From positions 1 through 64,000 of the forward strand of contig JBDREQ010000020.1 of NCBI GenBank assembly GCA_043819555.1: a stretch of 64,000 bases of DNA, in the 5' to 3' direction. Below, one piece after another: positions 19,515-28,734 of the stretch. Source of the stretch: Candidatus Zixiibacteriota bacterium (GTDB taxonomy: Bacteria; Zixibacteria; MSB-5A5; GN15; JAAZOE01). The translations under genes and the position numbers were made by a program. Positions within the stretch are counted from its first letter, which is position 1. Each line of letters begins with the position of its first letter. The notes under the pieces are model-generated. The model was given only the letters and a program-made list of their open reading frames with translations. It made no database searches and was not told where the DNA came from.

Positions 19515-20381
19515 CTATGAGTTTAATATTATTGCAATTTTGTTGGCTGCTTTGATTATTCTCTTTAATTCTATTTCATTTCCAGATTCTATGAGGCGCT
19601 TGATTTTCTTAAGTTCGGATGAAAACTGGCCAATCGTCTTTATAACATTTTCCCGATTTGACATAAACATATCAAGTGAAAGTTCTGGTGATGATTGGGC
19701 AACGCGGGTTGCGCTTTTAAAACTTCCCCCCAGCATTTTCGTCAGGCTTCTGGAATTGGAATCCTGCTGTCCTATTAAACTGGTTAACGCAATAGACATA
19801 AGATAAGGCAGATGGCTTGTAAGAGAAATATTCTTATCATGCGTCTCCGGATCTATGACAAATGGTTTTGCTCCGAGTTTTTTTGTCAATAATGTAATGG
19901 TGTCAATCCATTCCTTTGAAGTATTATTTTTTATTGTCATAGCAAAAAAGGAATCTCTGAATTGGTTGGGGCGTGCCGCTTCAATGCCCTGTCCTTCCGT
20001 ACCCGCGATTGGATGACAACTAATGTAGTTTACTGACAAAGAATAGGAATTAACGGTTTTGAGAATTTCTGATTTTGTTCCGGCCATATCGATTACGCAG
20101 GCATTTGTATTTACGACCGGCAATACAGTGAGTAATATTTTAATCGTTTGTCTGATAGGGGTAGCGAGAATGACCAAATCGGCTTTGGGAACGCTGGGGA
20201 TCAATTGGGGGGAAATGTGAGTAATAGCGCCGAATTTTCTGGCCATTCTCGCGATGCTGGAATTTATATCATAGCCGCTTACCTCATTGACGATTTTTCT
20301 TTTAATCAAATCCATCCCCAGGGAGCCGCCAATTTGCCCAAGACCAACAATCAAGATTTTCATACGTTTCAACTGTATCAT
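19515..20381 (-). CDS. tyrA: Prephenate/arogenate dehydrogenase
   Basis: VGLGQIGGS, HPIAGTE, HD..ISLTSHLP, SATRVA. Confidence 0.9.
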   Translation of the reverse strand: MIQLKRMKILIVGLGQIGGSLGMDLIKRKIVNEVSGYDINSSIARMARKFGAITHISPQLIPSVPKADLVILATPIRQTIKILLTVLPVVNTNACVIDMAGTKSEILKTVNSYSLSVNYISCHPIAGTEGQGIEAARPNQFRDSFFAMTIKNNTSKEWIDTITLLTKKLGAKPFVIDPETHDKNISLTSHLPYLMSIALTSLIGQQDSNSRSLTKMLGGSFKSATRVAQSSPELSLDMFMSNRENVIKTIGQFSSELKKIKRLIESGNEIELKRIIKAANKIAIILNS

Positions 20382-21394
20382 AAATCTCTACCTACGGCTT
20401 GTGCCATTGGTTTTAATTCGTTCATTAATGCTTCAAATTCCTCAGGATGGAGACTCTGTGGACCATCGGATAAGGCCTCTTCAGGATGAGGATGAACTTC
20501 CACCATTAATCCATCTGCGCCAGCCGCAATTCCGCATTTGGAAATGGGTGAGATCAATGATCGTTTCCCTGTGGCATGGCTGGGATCAATAATGATGGGA
20601 AGGTGAGTCAGTTCTTTGACGATCGGGACGGCGGAAATATCCAGAGTGTTGCGCGTGTATTTTTCAAAAGTACGGATACCTCGTTCGCATAGGATAACGT
20701 GAGGATTTCCATTGGAAAGAATATATTCAGCCGACATTAGCCATTCTTCAATAGTTGACATTAATCCTCGTTTGAGAAGTACCGGTCGAGCTGCTTTTCC
20801 AACTGCCTCAAGCAGGGCGAAATTTTGCATATTGCGAGCGCCAATTTGGAGTATGTCGGTGTATTCCCCGACCAGATTGACATATTGTGGCGAGATAACT
20901 TCAGTCACCATTGCCAGGCCAAATGCGTCGGCGGCTTCACGCATTATTTTTAAGCCTTCTTCGCCGAGCCCCTGGAAACTATAAGGAGAAGTCCTCGGTT
21001 TAAACGCGCCGCCGCGCAGTATTTTCGCACCTGCCTTGGCAACAATTTCAGCGGCTTCCATTATCTGATCTCGATTTTCGACAGCGCAGGGTCCGGCCAT
21101 CATAACCAACTCATGACCGCCAATTTTTATGCCGTTCATTGAGATAACAGTTGGTTCTTTTTTGAATTCGCGTGTTGCCAATTTAAATGGTTTCATTATG
21201 GGAACGACGCTCTCGACTCCGGGGAGGGCCAGTAGTATCTCTGGATTGATTTTTTGGCCGTTGCCGACCATGCCAATGATGGTTTTTTTCTTTCCGGAAG
21301 ACAAGTGAGGTTTAAATCCTAATTCCTGAATTTTCTTCAAAACCGTTCCAGTATGCTTAACCGTGGCTTCTGCTTTCATTACTACTATCATCAT
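20378..21394 (-). CDS. aroF: DAHP synthase type I-beta with N-terminal regulatory domain
   Basis: MAGPCAVE, RGGAFKPRTSPYSFQG, QIGARNMQN, CERGIRTFE, DPSHATG. Confidence 0.95.
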   Translation of the reverse strand: MMIVVMKAEATVKHTGTVLKKIQELGFKPHLSSGKKKTIIGMVGNGQKINPEILLALPGVESVVPIMKPFKLATREFKKEPTVISMNGIKIGGHELVMMAGPCAVENRDQIMEAAEIVAKAGAKILRGGAFKPRTSPYSFQGLGEEGLKIMREAADAFGLAMVTEVISPQYVNLVGEYTDILQIGARNMQNFALLEAVGKAARPVLLKRGLMSTIEEWLMSAEYILSNGNPHVILCERGIRTFEKYTRNTLDISAVPIVKELTHLPIIIDPSHATGKRSLISPISKCGIAAGADGLMVEVHPHPEEALSDGPQSLHPEEFEALMNELKPMAQAVGRDL

Positions 21395-21768
21395 TCACTC
21401 TCTCCTTCATTCAGATCAGGTCTAAGGTGTTTGGTTTTGCCCAAATATTGATGTTTTATTTGGTTCTGTGATTTATCGGTGTTAACGTGCATTAAAACTC
21501 TTATTAAACTTTGCATCCCTTTATCCACATGCATTTCGCGAGCGCATAATAAAGGGACCATGCGCATGTTCATGTTGCGAACGGCATAAGCCGGGAATTC
21601 CGCGTTTAGGTCATCAGTCACGGTAAAAAAGATGCTGGCGATATCGTCTGATTCAACCTGATTGGATTCAATTAGTTTTTGCAGCAGAGTAGTCGTTGCT
21701 TCGAGAATATCTTTTTCCGTGTTGCTCACGACGCTTATAGCTCCGCGGATTCCTCTAACTTTTGACAT
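21391..21768 (-). CDS. aroH: Chorismate mutase, AroH class
   Basis: VRGIRGA, FTVTDDLNAEFPA, IRVLMH, YLG..HLRPDL. Confidence 0.93.
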   Translation of the reverse strand: MSKVRGIRGAISVVSNTEKDILEATTTLLQKLIESNQVESDDIASIFFTVTDDLNAEFPAYAVRNMNMRMVPLLCAREMHVDKGMQSLIRVLMHVNTDKSQNQIKHQYLGKTKHLRPDLNEGESE

Positions 21769-22561
21769 TGTCCATACCTTTTCTTAATAGCCTGATAAAC
21801 TTCCCGGTATTATAGACAGCTTGTGCTGAATTGACCGATTTATTGATTACATCTATAATGGCGCTTCCAACAATGACGCCATCCGCTGCTTTGGAAACCG
21901 CTGCAGCCTGATTCATGTTGGATATTCCAAATCCGGCGCAGACCGGGATTGTGCTTTTCCTTTTTATATTCTTTATCCATTGCAGAAGTCCTGTCGGCAA
22001 TTTACTTCGAGCTCCGGTTACGCCTGATATAGTAACGAGATAGACAAATCCCCGACTTCTCCCAAGAATCAATTTGGTGCGCTTGGCGCTTGATGTCGGG
22101 GCCAAAAGGTAGATCAAGTCAATCTTGTTTTGCCGGCACTTAGATTCAAGCTCTCCCGCTTCTTCAGGAATAATATCGGGAACGATTAGTCCTTGTATTT
22201 CGATAGAAGCTGCGCGAGATATAAATTTGTCAACGCCATAACAGTAAACCGGATTGAAATAACTCATCATAATTAACGGCAGGCTAAAGTTGCCGTTCAA
22301 CAGAGAGAGACAATGGAAAATGGAATCAATATTTGTTCCCTGTTCGAGGACTTGTTGCGATGAATATTGAATTGTTTTGCCATCAGCCATCGGATCAGAA
22401 AATGGTATGCCGATTTCGACCATGTCGGCGCCAGACAATTGGAATTCATATAACAACTTAAGAAACGTTCTCTCGTCCGGATATCCGGCAGTGATAAATG
22501 GCAACAGCGCCGTTCGTCCATATTGGCGGCAATTAGCAAAAGTTTCCGTTATGGATTTCAT
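21755..22561 (-). CDS. trpA: Tryptophan synthase alpha chain
   Basis: [38 protein letters not shown]. Start reassigned to ATG 22561. Confidence 0.95.
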   Translation of the reverse strand: MKSITETFANCRQYGRTALLPFITAGYPDERTFLKLLYEFQLSGADMVEIGIPFSDPMADGKTIQYSSQQVLEQGTNIDSIFHCLSLLNGNFSLPLIMMSYFNPVYCYGVDKFISRAASIEIQGLIVPDIIPEEAGELESKCRQNKIDLIYLLAPTSSAKRTKLILGRSRGFVYLVTISGVTGARSKLPTGLLQWIKNIKRKSTIPVCAGFGISNMNQAAAVSKAADGVIVGSAIIDVINKSVNSAQAVYNTGKFIRLLRKGMDNVKS

Positions 22562-23804
22562 TAATTTTTCTTTCCAATGCGAGAAGCTTTGAAATGGTTT
22601 TTCTTGTTGACACCGAACTATGAAGCAGGTTTTTGACGTCCTGATTGGCAAGGTCTTTATCGCCCCGGCCGGAGAGGTTTATAATCAGGATATCATTCCT
22701 GCACAAACTGGGAGCGAGCCTTTTGGCATATGCCAAAGCAAAAGATGATTCCAGGGCTGGGATAATACCTTCAGTAATCGATAGTTCTTTAAATGCTTCC
22801 AGCGCTTTTGAGTCTGGAACAGCCTTATAAGATACCCTTCCGGAATCTTTCAACTGGCTGTGCTCAGGACCGACGCCGGGATAATCCAATCCCGCGGCGA
22901 TTGAATGAGTCGGCATAACCTGGCCATCTTTGTCCTGTAACAGATAACTAAAACCACCATGGAGAATTCCCGGTTTGCCTTTATTTAATGTTGCCGCATG
23001 AAGATGAGTTGATAGTCCGTTCCCGGCTGATTCAATACCAAACAAGCTGACTTCTCTGTCGTGCACAAATTCATGAAACATCCCAATAGCATTACTTCCG
23101 CCTCCGACGCAGGCGACGATTGCATTGGGCAGGCGGCCCGCGATATTCTTTATTTGCTTTTTTGTCTCTCGTCCGATAACCGATTGAAAATCACGCACCA
23201 TCAATGGATATGGATGAGGACCGACCGTTGAGCCAATTATATAATATGTCGATGAGACATTGGTGACCCAGTCGCGGATAGCTTCGTTGGTGGCATCTTT
23301 CAATGTTTTGCTCCCGGAATCTACCGGCATAACTTTTGCCCCAAGAAGTATTATTCGGTCGACGTTGGGAGATTGGCGTTCCATGTCCTGGCGGCCCATG
23401 TATATGGTGCAGTCCATTCCAAACAGGCAACAAACGGTGGCAACCGCGACACCATGCTGTCCCGCGCCGGTTTCCGCGATGATTCTTTTTTTCCCCATCC
23501 TTTTTGCCAGAAGACCCTGACCAAGGCAGTTATTTATTTTATGCGCCCCGGTATGCGTCAGATCTTCTCGCTTGAGGTAAATCTTTGCGCCTTTCCATTT
23601 GTGGGTGATCCTTTCGGCGAAATACAACGGTGTTGGCCGGCCAGCGTAATTGTGAAGTAAATCATCAAGCTCGTTCTTAAAATCAGAATTGCATCTGGCG
23701 AGATGATATTGTTCTTCCAAGTGTAGCAGCGCCGCCATCAGCGTCTCGGGCACATATCGTCCCCCAAAACGGCCGAAATATCCTAATTTGTTTGGTTGTC
23801 CCAT
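22533..23804 (-). CDS. trpB: Tryptophan synthase beta chain
   Basis: [50 protein letters not shown]. Confidence 0.97.
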   Translation of the reverse strand: MGQPNKLGYFGRFGGRYVPETLMAALLHLEEQYHLARCNSDFKNELDDLLHNYAGRPTPLYFAERITHKWKGAKIYLKREDLTHTGAHKINNCLGQGLLAKRMGKKRIIAETGAGQHGVAVATVCCLFGMDCTIYMGRQDMERQSPNVDRIILLGAKVMPVDSGSKTLKDATNEAIRDWVTNVSSTYYIIGSTVGPHPYPLMVRDFQSVIGRETKKQIKNIAGRLPNAIVACVGGGSNAIGMFHEFVHDREVSLFGIESAGNGLSTHLHAATLNKGKPGILHGGFSYLLQDKDGQVMPTHSIAAGLDYPGVGPEHSQLKDSGRVSYKAVPDSKALEAFKELSITEGIIPALESSFALAYAKRLAPSLCRNDILIINLSGRGDKDLANQDVKNLLHSSVSTRKTISKLLALERKINEIHNGNFC

Positions 23805-24406
23805 GATTGCACCTCACTTATGAATTTCATAATTTTCTCGTGATTCTTTTTTCCCGGTTTATCTTCAACTCCACCGCAAACATCCACGGCATATGGTTGG
23901 GCAATTTCCAATGCCCGGCTTACGTTTTCCGGATTTAATCCTCCGGATAAAACGACGCGACCGTAACGCGAAGCCATTTTGGCGATACTCCAGTCAAATT
24001 GTTTTCCCGTGCCGCCCATTTTTCCCGAATGGTAAGTATCGAGATGAAAATATGAGAGATTGCTGTCCTGAATTAAATCAAGGTCGCTTTCATCGCGAAT
24101 TCTGAATGTCTTGATGAAGGGGGCTGGCAAATTTTTAAGAACATCGATATTCATCTCTCCATGAATTTGCGCAGCATCAAGTCGGCAATTAATAATTGTA
24201 TCTGTAATGATGCCAATCGATTCATCAATAAAAACCCCAATTTTGTTAACGAAAGGAGGAAGCGCTTGAATAATATTTTTGGCCTCTTCATGACTTATTA
24301 TTCGAGGGCTATCGGCAAAGATAAATCCCAAAGCATCCGCGCCCGCCAAAACCGCGAACAATGCATCGTCATAATTTGTGATCCCGCATATTTTTATTCT
24401 TGTCAT
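23783..24406 (-). CDS. trpF: Phosphoribosylanthranilate isomerase
   Basis: [30 protein letters not shown]. Confidence 0.95.
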   Translation of the reverse strand: MTRIKICGITNYDDALFAVLAGADALGFIFADSPRIISHEEAKNIIQALPPFVNKIGVFIDESIGIITDTIINCRLDAAQIHGEMNIDVLKNLPAPFIKTFRIRDESDLDLIQDSNLSYFHLDTYHSGKMGGTGKQFDWSIAKMASRYGRVVLSGGLNPENVSRALEIAQPYAVDVCGGVEDKPGKKNHEKIMKFISEVQSWDNQTN

Positions 24407-25182
24407 TCCGGCTCTCCCAGAAGTTCATGGATTTTTAGGAATGGATCTTTACTGGTAATTATGCTTTCGCCGATCAGGACGGCATCGACGCCATATTCCT
24501 GAACTCTGCGCATATCTTCCCGGGTTTTAATTCCGCTTTCGCTGATGCAAACGGCATCGCATGGGATTGCAGGATGAATTTTCTCAACGGTTTTCAAATT
24601 AACCTGAAAAGTTTTGAGATTGCGATTGTTAATTCCAATAATCTCAGGCCTTAAACGCCAGGTTCGGGCGAGTTCCTCTCTGGAATGAATTTCAATAATG
24701 GTTTCCAGTCCGATTTTATGCGCCAGAGCATGCAAATCATAAAGTTGATCATCGCTCAGAATAGCCGCAATGAGAAGAATGGCGTCGGCGCCTATTGCGC
24801 GGCTTTCCCAGATTTGGCATTCCTCGATTATAAAATCTTTTCTCAAAATTGGAAGAGATGTATTTTCTCTGGCTTTTTTTAAATCATCGATGGATCCTGA
24901 GAAGAACTGTTCTTCGGTTACAACCGATACCGCCGCCGCTCCAGCATCTTGATAAAGCCTGACAAACCGAGCCACATCCATATTATTGTTCAATATACCG
25001 CGCGACGGCGACCTTCTTTTGATCTCTGCTATCAGAGCGAGTTTTTTGTTTCTTGTTAGATTTATTCGAAAGTTTCTGACTGGATGCATATCCCGAACCG
25101 ATTTGGCCATGTCATCAATAGCTGAATGATTACTCATTTGATCCAGCAAAATTCTCTTATGTTTGATGATTTGATTAAGCAT
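24403..25182 (-). CDS. trpC: Indole-3-glycerol phosphate synthase
   Basis: IAEIKRRSPSRG, PILRKDFI, GINNRNL, SESGI. Confidence 0.95.
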   Translation of the reverse strand: MLNQIIKHKRILLDQMSNHSAIDDMAKSVRDMHPVRNFRINLTRNKKLALIAEIKRRSPSRGILNNNMDVARFVRLYQDAGAAAVSVVTEEQFFSGSIDDLKKARENTSLPILRKDFIIEECQIWESRAIGADAILLIAAILSDDQLYDLHALAHKIGLETIIEIHSREELARTWRLRPEIIGINNRNLKTFQVNLKTVEKIHPAIPCDAVCISESGIKTREDMRRVQEYGVDAVLIGESIITSKDPFLKIHELLGEPE

Positions 25183-26197
25183 TGGGGAAACTCCTGCTGA
25201 AATCTATAAATTCATTTAGTTTCAGTAAGGCTCGGCCGGAATCGATGCATTCTTCGGCCATCCTGATTCCCTCTTTTAAATTGGCTGATTTTCCGGCGAT
25301 GGTCAGGGCTGCCGCCGTGTTAAGCAGGATCGTATCCCGTCGAGGACCTTTTTCGCCTTTCAGGATTTTTAATGTAATAACCGCGTTTTTTCTTGCGTCG
25401 CCTCCGGCCAGTTCTTTTATATTACAAGGGGCAAATCCCAGGGATTGAGGATTCAATTGAAAATGCTGACATGTACCATTATGAGTCATGCTGACTTCAT
25501 TGAGTCCGGCCGTTGTCAATTCATCTATATGGCACCGGCTATAAACGACCATGGCGGACTTTATCCCGATGGCGCGAGCGACATGAACAATTTTATCGGT
25601 ATAGACGCCGTCAAAAACTCCGATTAATTGATGTGTCGCAAAAGCCGGATTGGTTAGAGGGCCCAATAAGTTGAAAACTGTCCTGAATCCGAGTTCCTTT
25701 CTTATGGGTACGACTGCCTTCATTGCCGGGTGCAGCGACGGAGCAAATAAAAACCCGATTCCGATCTCATCTATACTCTGGCCGGATTGTTCGGGGCTTA
25801 AGTCAAGATTGGCTCCCAATTCCTGAAGCAGGTCAGCGCTTCCACATTGGCTGGAAATGGAGCGGTTGCCATGTTTGCCTACGGGAATTCCGCAGGCGGC
25901 GATAACAAAAGATGTCGTCGTGGAAATATTAAACGTCCCTGCCCCATCACCGCCGGTACCGCAATTGTCAAATATCATCTCCTGGTTATGAGGAATGCGC
26001 AGTGCTCTCTCTCGCATCACTTGCGCAGCCCCCAGGATTTCATCAACGGTTTCTCCTTTGCATCTGAGAGCCGTTAGAAAAGCGGCCGTATGAGTTGGAG
26101 AAACCTCGCCTGACATTATCTGATATATTACCTCACGACTTTCTTCAGCCGATAGATCCTGATTATCAATGATTTTTTTAATCGCTTCCTTAATCAT
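25175..26197 (-). CDS. trpD: Anthranilate phosphoribosyltransferase
   Basis: CGTGGDG, TFNIST, KHGNRSISS, RTVFNLLGPLTNP. Confidence 0.96.
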   Translation of the reverse strand: MIKEAIKKIIDNQDLSAEESREVIYQIMSGEVSPTHTAAFLTALRCKGETVDEILGAAQVMRERALRIPHNQEMIFDNCGTGGDGAGTFNISTTTSFVIAACGIPVGKHGNRSISSQCGSADLLQELGANLDLSPEQSGQSIDEIGIGFLFAPSLHPAMKAVVPIRKELGFRTVFNLLGPLTNPAFATHQLIGVFDGVYTDKIVHVARAIGIKSAMVVYSRCHIDELTTAGLNEVSMTHNGTCQHFQLNPQSLGFAPCNIKELAGGDARKNAVITLKILKGEKGPRRDTILLNTAAALTIAGKSANLKEGIRMAEECIDSGRALLKLNEFIDFSRSFPNA

Positions 26198-26199
26198 AA

Positions 26200-26766
26200 T
26201 TACCTCGCGCTGAGAAAATTCGATAACAGATTTTTGCCATAAGGAGTCAGAATTGATTCCGGATGAAACTGTACCCCCACGACCGGTTTATCTGAAAGGC
26301 GAAGAGCCATAATCTCGCCATCGTCGGTGTGCGCGGTGATATGCAGACAATCAGGAAGCGACTCCTCCCGGACTATCAATGAATGATACCGGGTTGCCTC
26401 AAAGGGGGAAGGGACACCCAGAAATAAGCCATCACCGGTATGATAAACACTGGATATTTTACCATGCATCAGTATTTCGGCGTTATCAATATTCCCGCCA
26501 AATGCTTCGGCAAGACATTGATGCCCCAGGCAGACTCCAAGAATTGGCATTTTATCTGAGAAATATTTAATCATATCTACAGAGATGCCGGCGTCCCGGG
26601 GTCGGCCCGGCCCCGGGGAAATCACTAAATGCGTCGGATTGAGATTGATTGCCTGTTCAATAGTAATTTCATTATTGCGGGCAACGTGGCATTCCCCGCC
26701 TAATTCCCCGAAATATTGCACCAGGTTGTAGGTGAATGAATCGTAATTATCGATAATCAAAATCAT
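26200..26766 (-). CDS. trpG: Anthranilate synthase component II (glutamine amidotransferase)
   Basis: IDNYDSFTYNL, SPGPG, GVCLGHQ, RYHSL, QFHPES. Confidence 0.93.
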   Translation of the reverse strand: MILIIDNYDSFTYNLVQYFGELGGECHVARNNEITIEQAINLNPTHLVISPGPGRPRDAGISVDMIKYFSDKMPILGVCLGHQCLAEAFGGNIDNAEILMHGKISSVYHTGDGLFLGVPSPFEATRYHSLIVREESLPDCLHITAHTDDGEIMALRLSDKPVVGVQFHPESILTPYGKNLLSNFLSAR

Positions 26767-28196
26767 CAGAGTCCACCTTCTGCGTTCTCAATCGCCTTTT
26801 GGAGGGCCGCGATTTTGTTTTTGGTTTCCAGATACTCCATCTCCGGAATTGAATCGGCAACAATTCCGGCTCCAGCCTGTAGGTAGTATTTTTTAACCTT
26901 CATTAGAATTGTCCTGATATTGATGCACCAATCCATATCGCCCGACAAGCTGAAATATCCAACCGCGCCGGCATATGGACCCCGCCGGGTTGTTTCAATA
27001 TTCTCGATTAATTCCATCGATTTGATCTTGGGAGCTCCGGTCACGGTTCCGGCGGGGAAGGCGGCCTTAAAGAGATCGAATTGATCCATATCCTTTCGCA
27101 ATTTCCCGGTTATATTGGAGGTCATGTGCATAACATGCGAATATCGTTCGATCGTCATGAATTCATTGACATTGACCGAACCGACGCGGCAGCATCGTCC
27201 CAAATCATTTCTCCCCAGATCAACCAGCATGACATGCTCAGCTCGTTCTTTGGCATCATTGAGTAATTCCTCAGCCATTTTATTATCCTCCTCGGCAGTA
27301 TGTCCTCGAGGACGGGTACCGGCGATAGGACGCACCGTCGCTATGCCATTTTCCAGCCTGACCAGCGCCTCCGGAGAAGAACCGATTAGTTTGACATCAT
27401 CAAAATCCAAAAAGTACATATAGGGCGAGGGATTGAGCATTCGAAGGGCTCGATAAATCATAAACGGATCGGCATCAGTCTCGCCTTCCAATCTTTGAGA
27501 AATGACCTGCTGGTAAACATCCCCGGCTATGATATGTCTCTGTACTTCGCTAACTGCCCGGCAAAAATCATCTTGCGCAAAATTGGAAGCAGGTTTTTTA
27601 CCCATAGCAATATTTCCATTTCCGGATGGATTAGCCAGAGGAGAATGCAGTGCATCTATAACGCTGTCCAGTTTTTCCGCGGCGGCGGATTCATTATTGC
27701 CTGCTGCCAGACTCAGAACTTTTATAGTTCTCTGAATATGATCAAAAACCAGAAGAGTATCTATCAAATACAGCATCGCCGGAGGTATATGAAGGGTATC
27801 GCGGGATAAATTCGGAATGTTTTCAAAAAAGCGAATGAAATCATAGCTGATAAATCCAACCGCTCCTCCGAGCAGAGGGGGGCGGTTGTCAATTTCTTCC
27901 ACGGAAGAACGATTGAGAATAGAACGAAGGCAACTTAGGGGAGCGTCAGGTTCTATATATGATAAGGATTCACTATTTACCCCGTTTTGAAGAGACAAGT
28001 GATTGTCATAAACAGTAATTTTTGATTCCGGTTTCATTCCGATAAAGGAGTAACGGCCCAGTCTTGTTGCGCCCTCAACGCTCTCCAAAAGAATTTTCGC
28101 TCCAATGGTTTGAAGTTTTAGAAACGCCGAGACCGGTGTTTCCAAATCAGCCGGCATTTCTCGCGATAAAATCTTCAATTTCGTATGTTCCACCAT
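26766..28196 (-). CDS. trpE: Anthranilate synthase component I
   Basis: LLESVEG, NPSPYM, SSPE, PIAGTRPRG, EHVMLVDLGRND, GTVTGAPK. Start reassigned to ATG 28196, downstream of AAGGA and attenuator terminator 2. Confidence 0.95.
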   Translation of the reverse strand: MVEHTKLKILSREMPADLETPVSAFLKLQTIGAKILLESVEGATRLGRYSFIGMKPESKITVYDNHLSLQNGVNSESLSYIEPDAPLSCLRSILNRSSVEEIDNRPPLLGGAVGFISYDFIRFFENIPNLSRDTLHIPPAMLYLIDTLLVFDHIQRTIKVLSLAAGNNESAAAEKLDSVIDALHSPLANPSGNGNIAMGKKPASNFAQDDFCRAVSEVQRHIIAGDVYQQVISQRLEGETDADPFMIYRALRMLNPSPYMYFLDFDDVKLIGSSPEALVRLENGIATVRPIAGTRPRGHTAEEDNKMAEELLNDAKERAEHVMLVDLGRNDLGRCCRVGSVNVNEFMTIERYSHVMHMTSNITGKLRKDMDQFDLFKAAFPAGTVTGAPKIKSMELIENIETTRRGPYAGAVGYFSLSGDMDWCINIRTILMKVKKYYLQAGAGIVADSIPEMEYLETKNKIAALQKAIENAEGGL

Positions 28197-28215
28197 TTTA
28201 TATAAGTCCTTGCAC

Positions 28216-28250
28216 AAAAAAAGCCCGCTATCATCGTTTGATAGCGGGCT
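28216..28250 (-). terminator. Attenuator terminator 2 (proximal to trpE)
   Basis: Minus strand AGCCCGCTATCA-AACGA-TGATAGCGGGCT, a 12-bp perfect stem followed by a T-run. Confidence 0.92.
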
Positions 28251-28274
28251 GGAATGCGTTTTTAAAATTAGCTA

Positions 28275-28400
28275 TTAGCTTCCGCTATCAGGCAAAGTGG
28301 CATACCACCACCAGTTAAGACTATAGGAATAGTTAAAGCTGAAGTTGTCTAAGTTGCTTAGTTCGAAGATCCCATAATTTGTGTTAATCAGATTTTTCAT
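28275..28400 (-). CDS. trpL: Leader peptide 2, MKNLINTNYGIFELSNLDNFSFNYSYSLNWWWYATLPDSGS (41 aa)
   Basis: Translated by hand; three consecutive TGG codons at 28305-28313; the 3' end carries TGATAGCGG, complementary to the 5' arm of terminator 2. Confidence 0.85.
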   Translation of the reverse strand: MKNLINTNYGIFELSNLDNFSFNYSYSLNWWWYATLPDSGS

Positions 28401-28410
28401 TTTTCTTTCC

Positions 28411-28445
28411 AAAAAAGAAAAACCCACTATCATTATGATAGTGGG
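28411..28445 (-). terminator. Attenuator terminator 1 (distal)
   Basis: Minus strand CCCACTATCA-TAA-TGATAGTGGG followed by TTTTTCTTTTTT. Confidence 0.9.
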
Positions 28446-28492
28446 CTCGCCTTGCTTCTTTTGGGGGGGAATCTAAAATAACAACGAATCCA

Positions 28493-28585
28493 CTATCTTC
28501 CGGTGGTATAATACCACCACCAATAGCGACCGATGTAGTAATCAACTAAAGCTGAACATTTTACGGCCTGATTCATTGTCCTCAT
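28493..28585 (-). CDS. trpL: Leader peptide 1, MRTMNQAVKCSALVDYYIGRYWWWYYTTGR (30 aa)
   Basis: Translated by hand; AAGGAG RBS at 28589-28594; YWWWYY cluster; the stop codon lies within GATAGTGG, complementary to the 5' arm of terminator 1. Confidence 0.88.
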   Translation of the reverse strand: MRTMNQAVKCSALVDYYIGRYWWWYYTTGR

Positions 28586-28600
28586 AAACTCCTTGTACTC

Positions 28601-28628
28601 AGTATATCAAAGATCAAGAATTTGTCAA
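28601..28628 (-). promoter_or_regulatory. Sigma70-type promoter of the trp/aro operon
   Basis: TTGACA-N16-TATACT with TGn extended -10, directly upstream of the leader 1 RBS. Confidence 0.8.
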
Positions 28629-28734
28629 GGGAAATTTTGTAACTTATTGAAATGCAACAATTAATTTTTACGGATAATTATAGTCTCGTTTAGGATAGTA
28701 CAATCTTTAGATACCGCGTAGCAGGCGGGCAATT

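Noticed and set aside
22562..22651. N-terminal extension of TrpA, and similar extensions on TrpE, TolC, MacA and the MacB-like permease
   Set aside because: Artefacts of the longest-ORF start choice; downstream ATGs fit family N-termini and RBS positions.
28064..28318. 84-aa plus-strand ORF across the trpE start and terminator 2
   Set aside because: Antisense shadow of trpE and leader 2; its HTTTS ending is the reverse of the Trp codons.
28216..28628. T-box or TRAP-type regulation of the trp leader
   Set aside because: No T-box consensus (AAGGTGGNACC-like bulge) and no run of spaced (G/U)AG triplets. The GGTGGT matches are the Trp codons, and leader peptides explain the structure.
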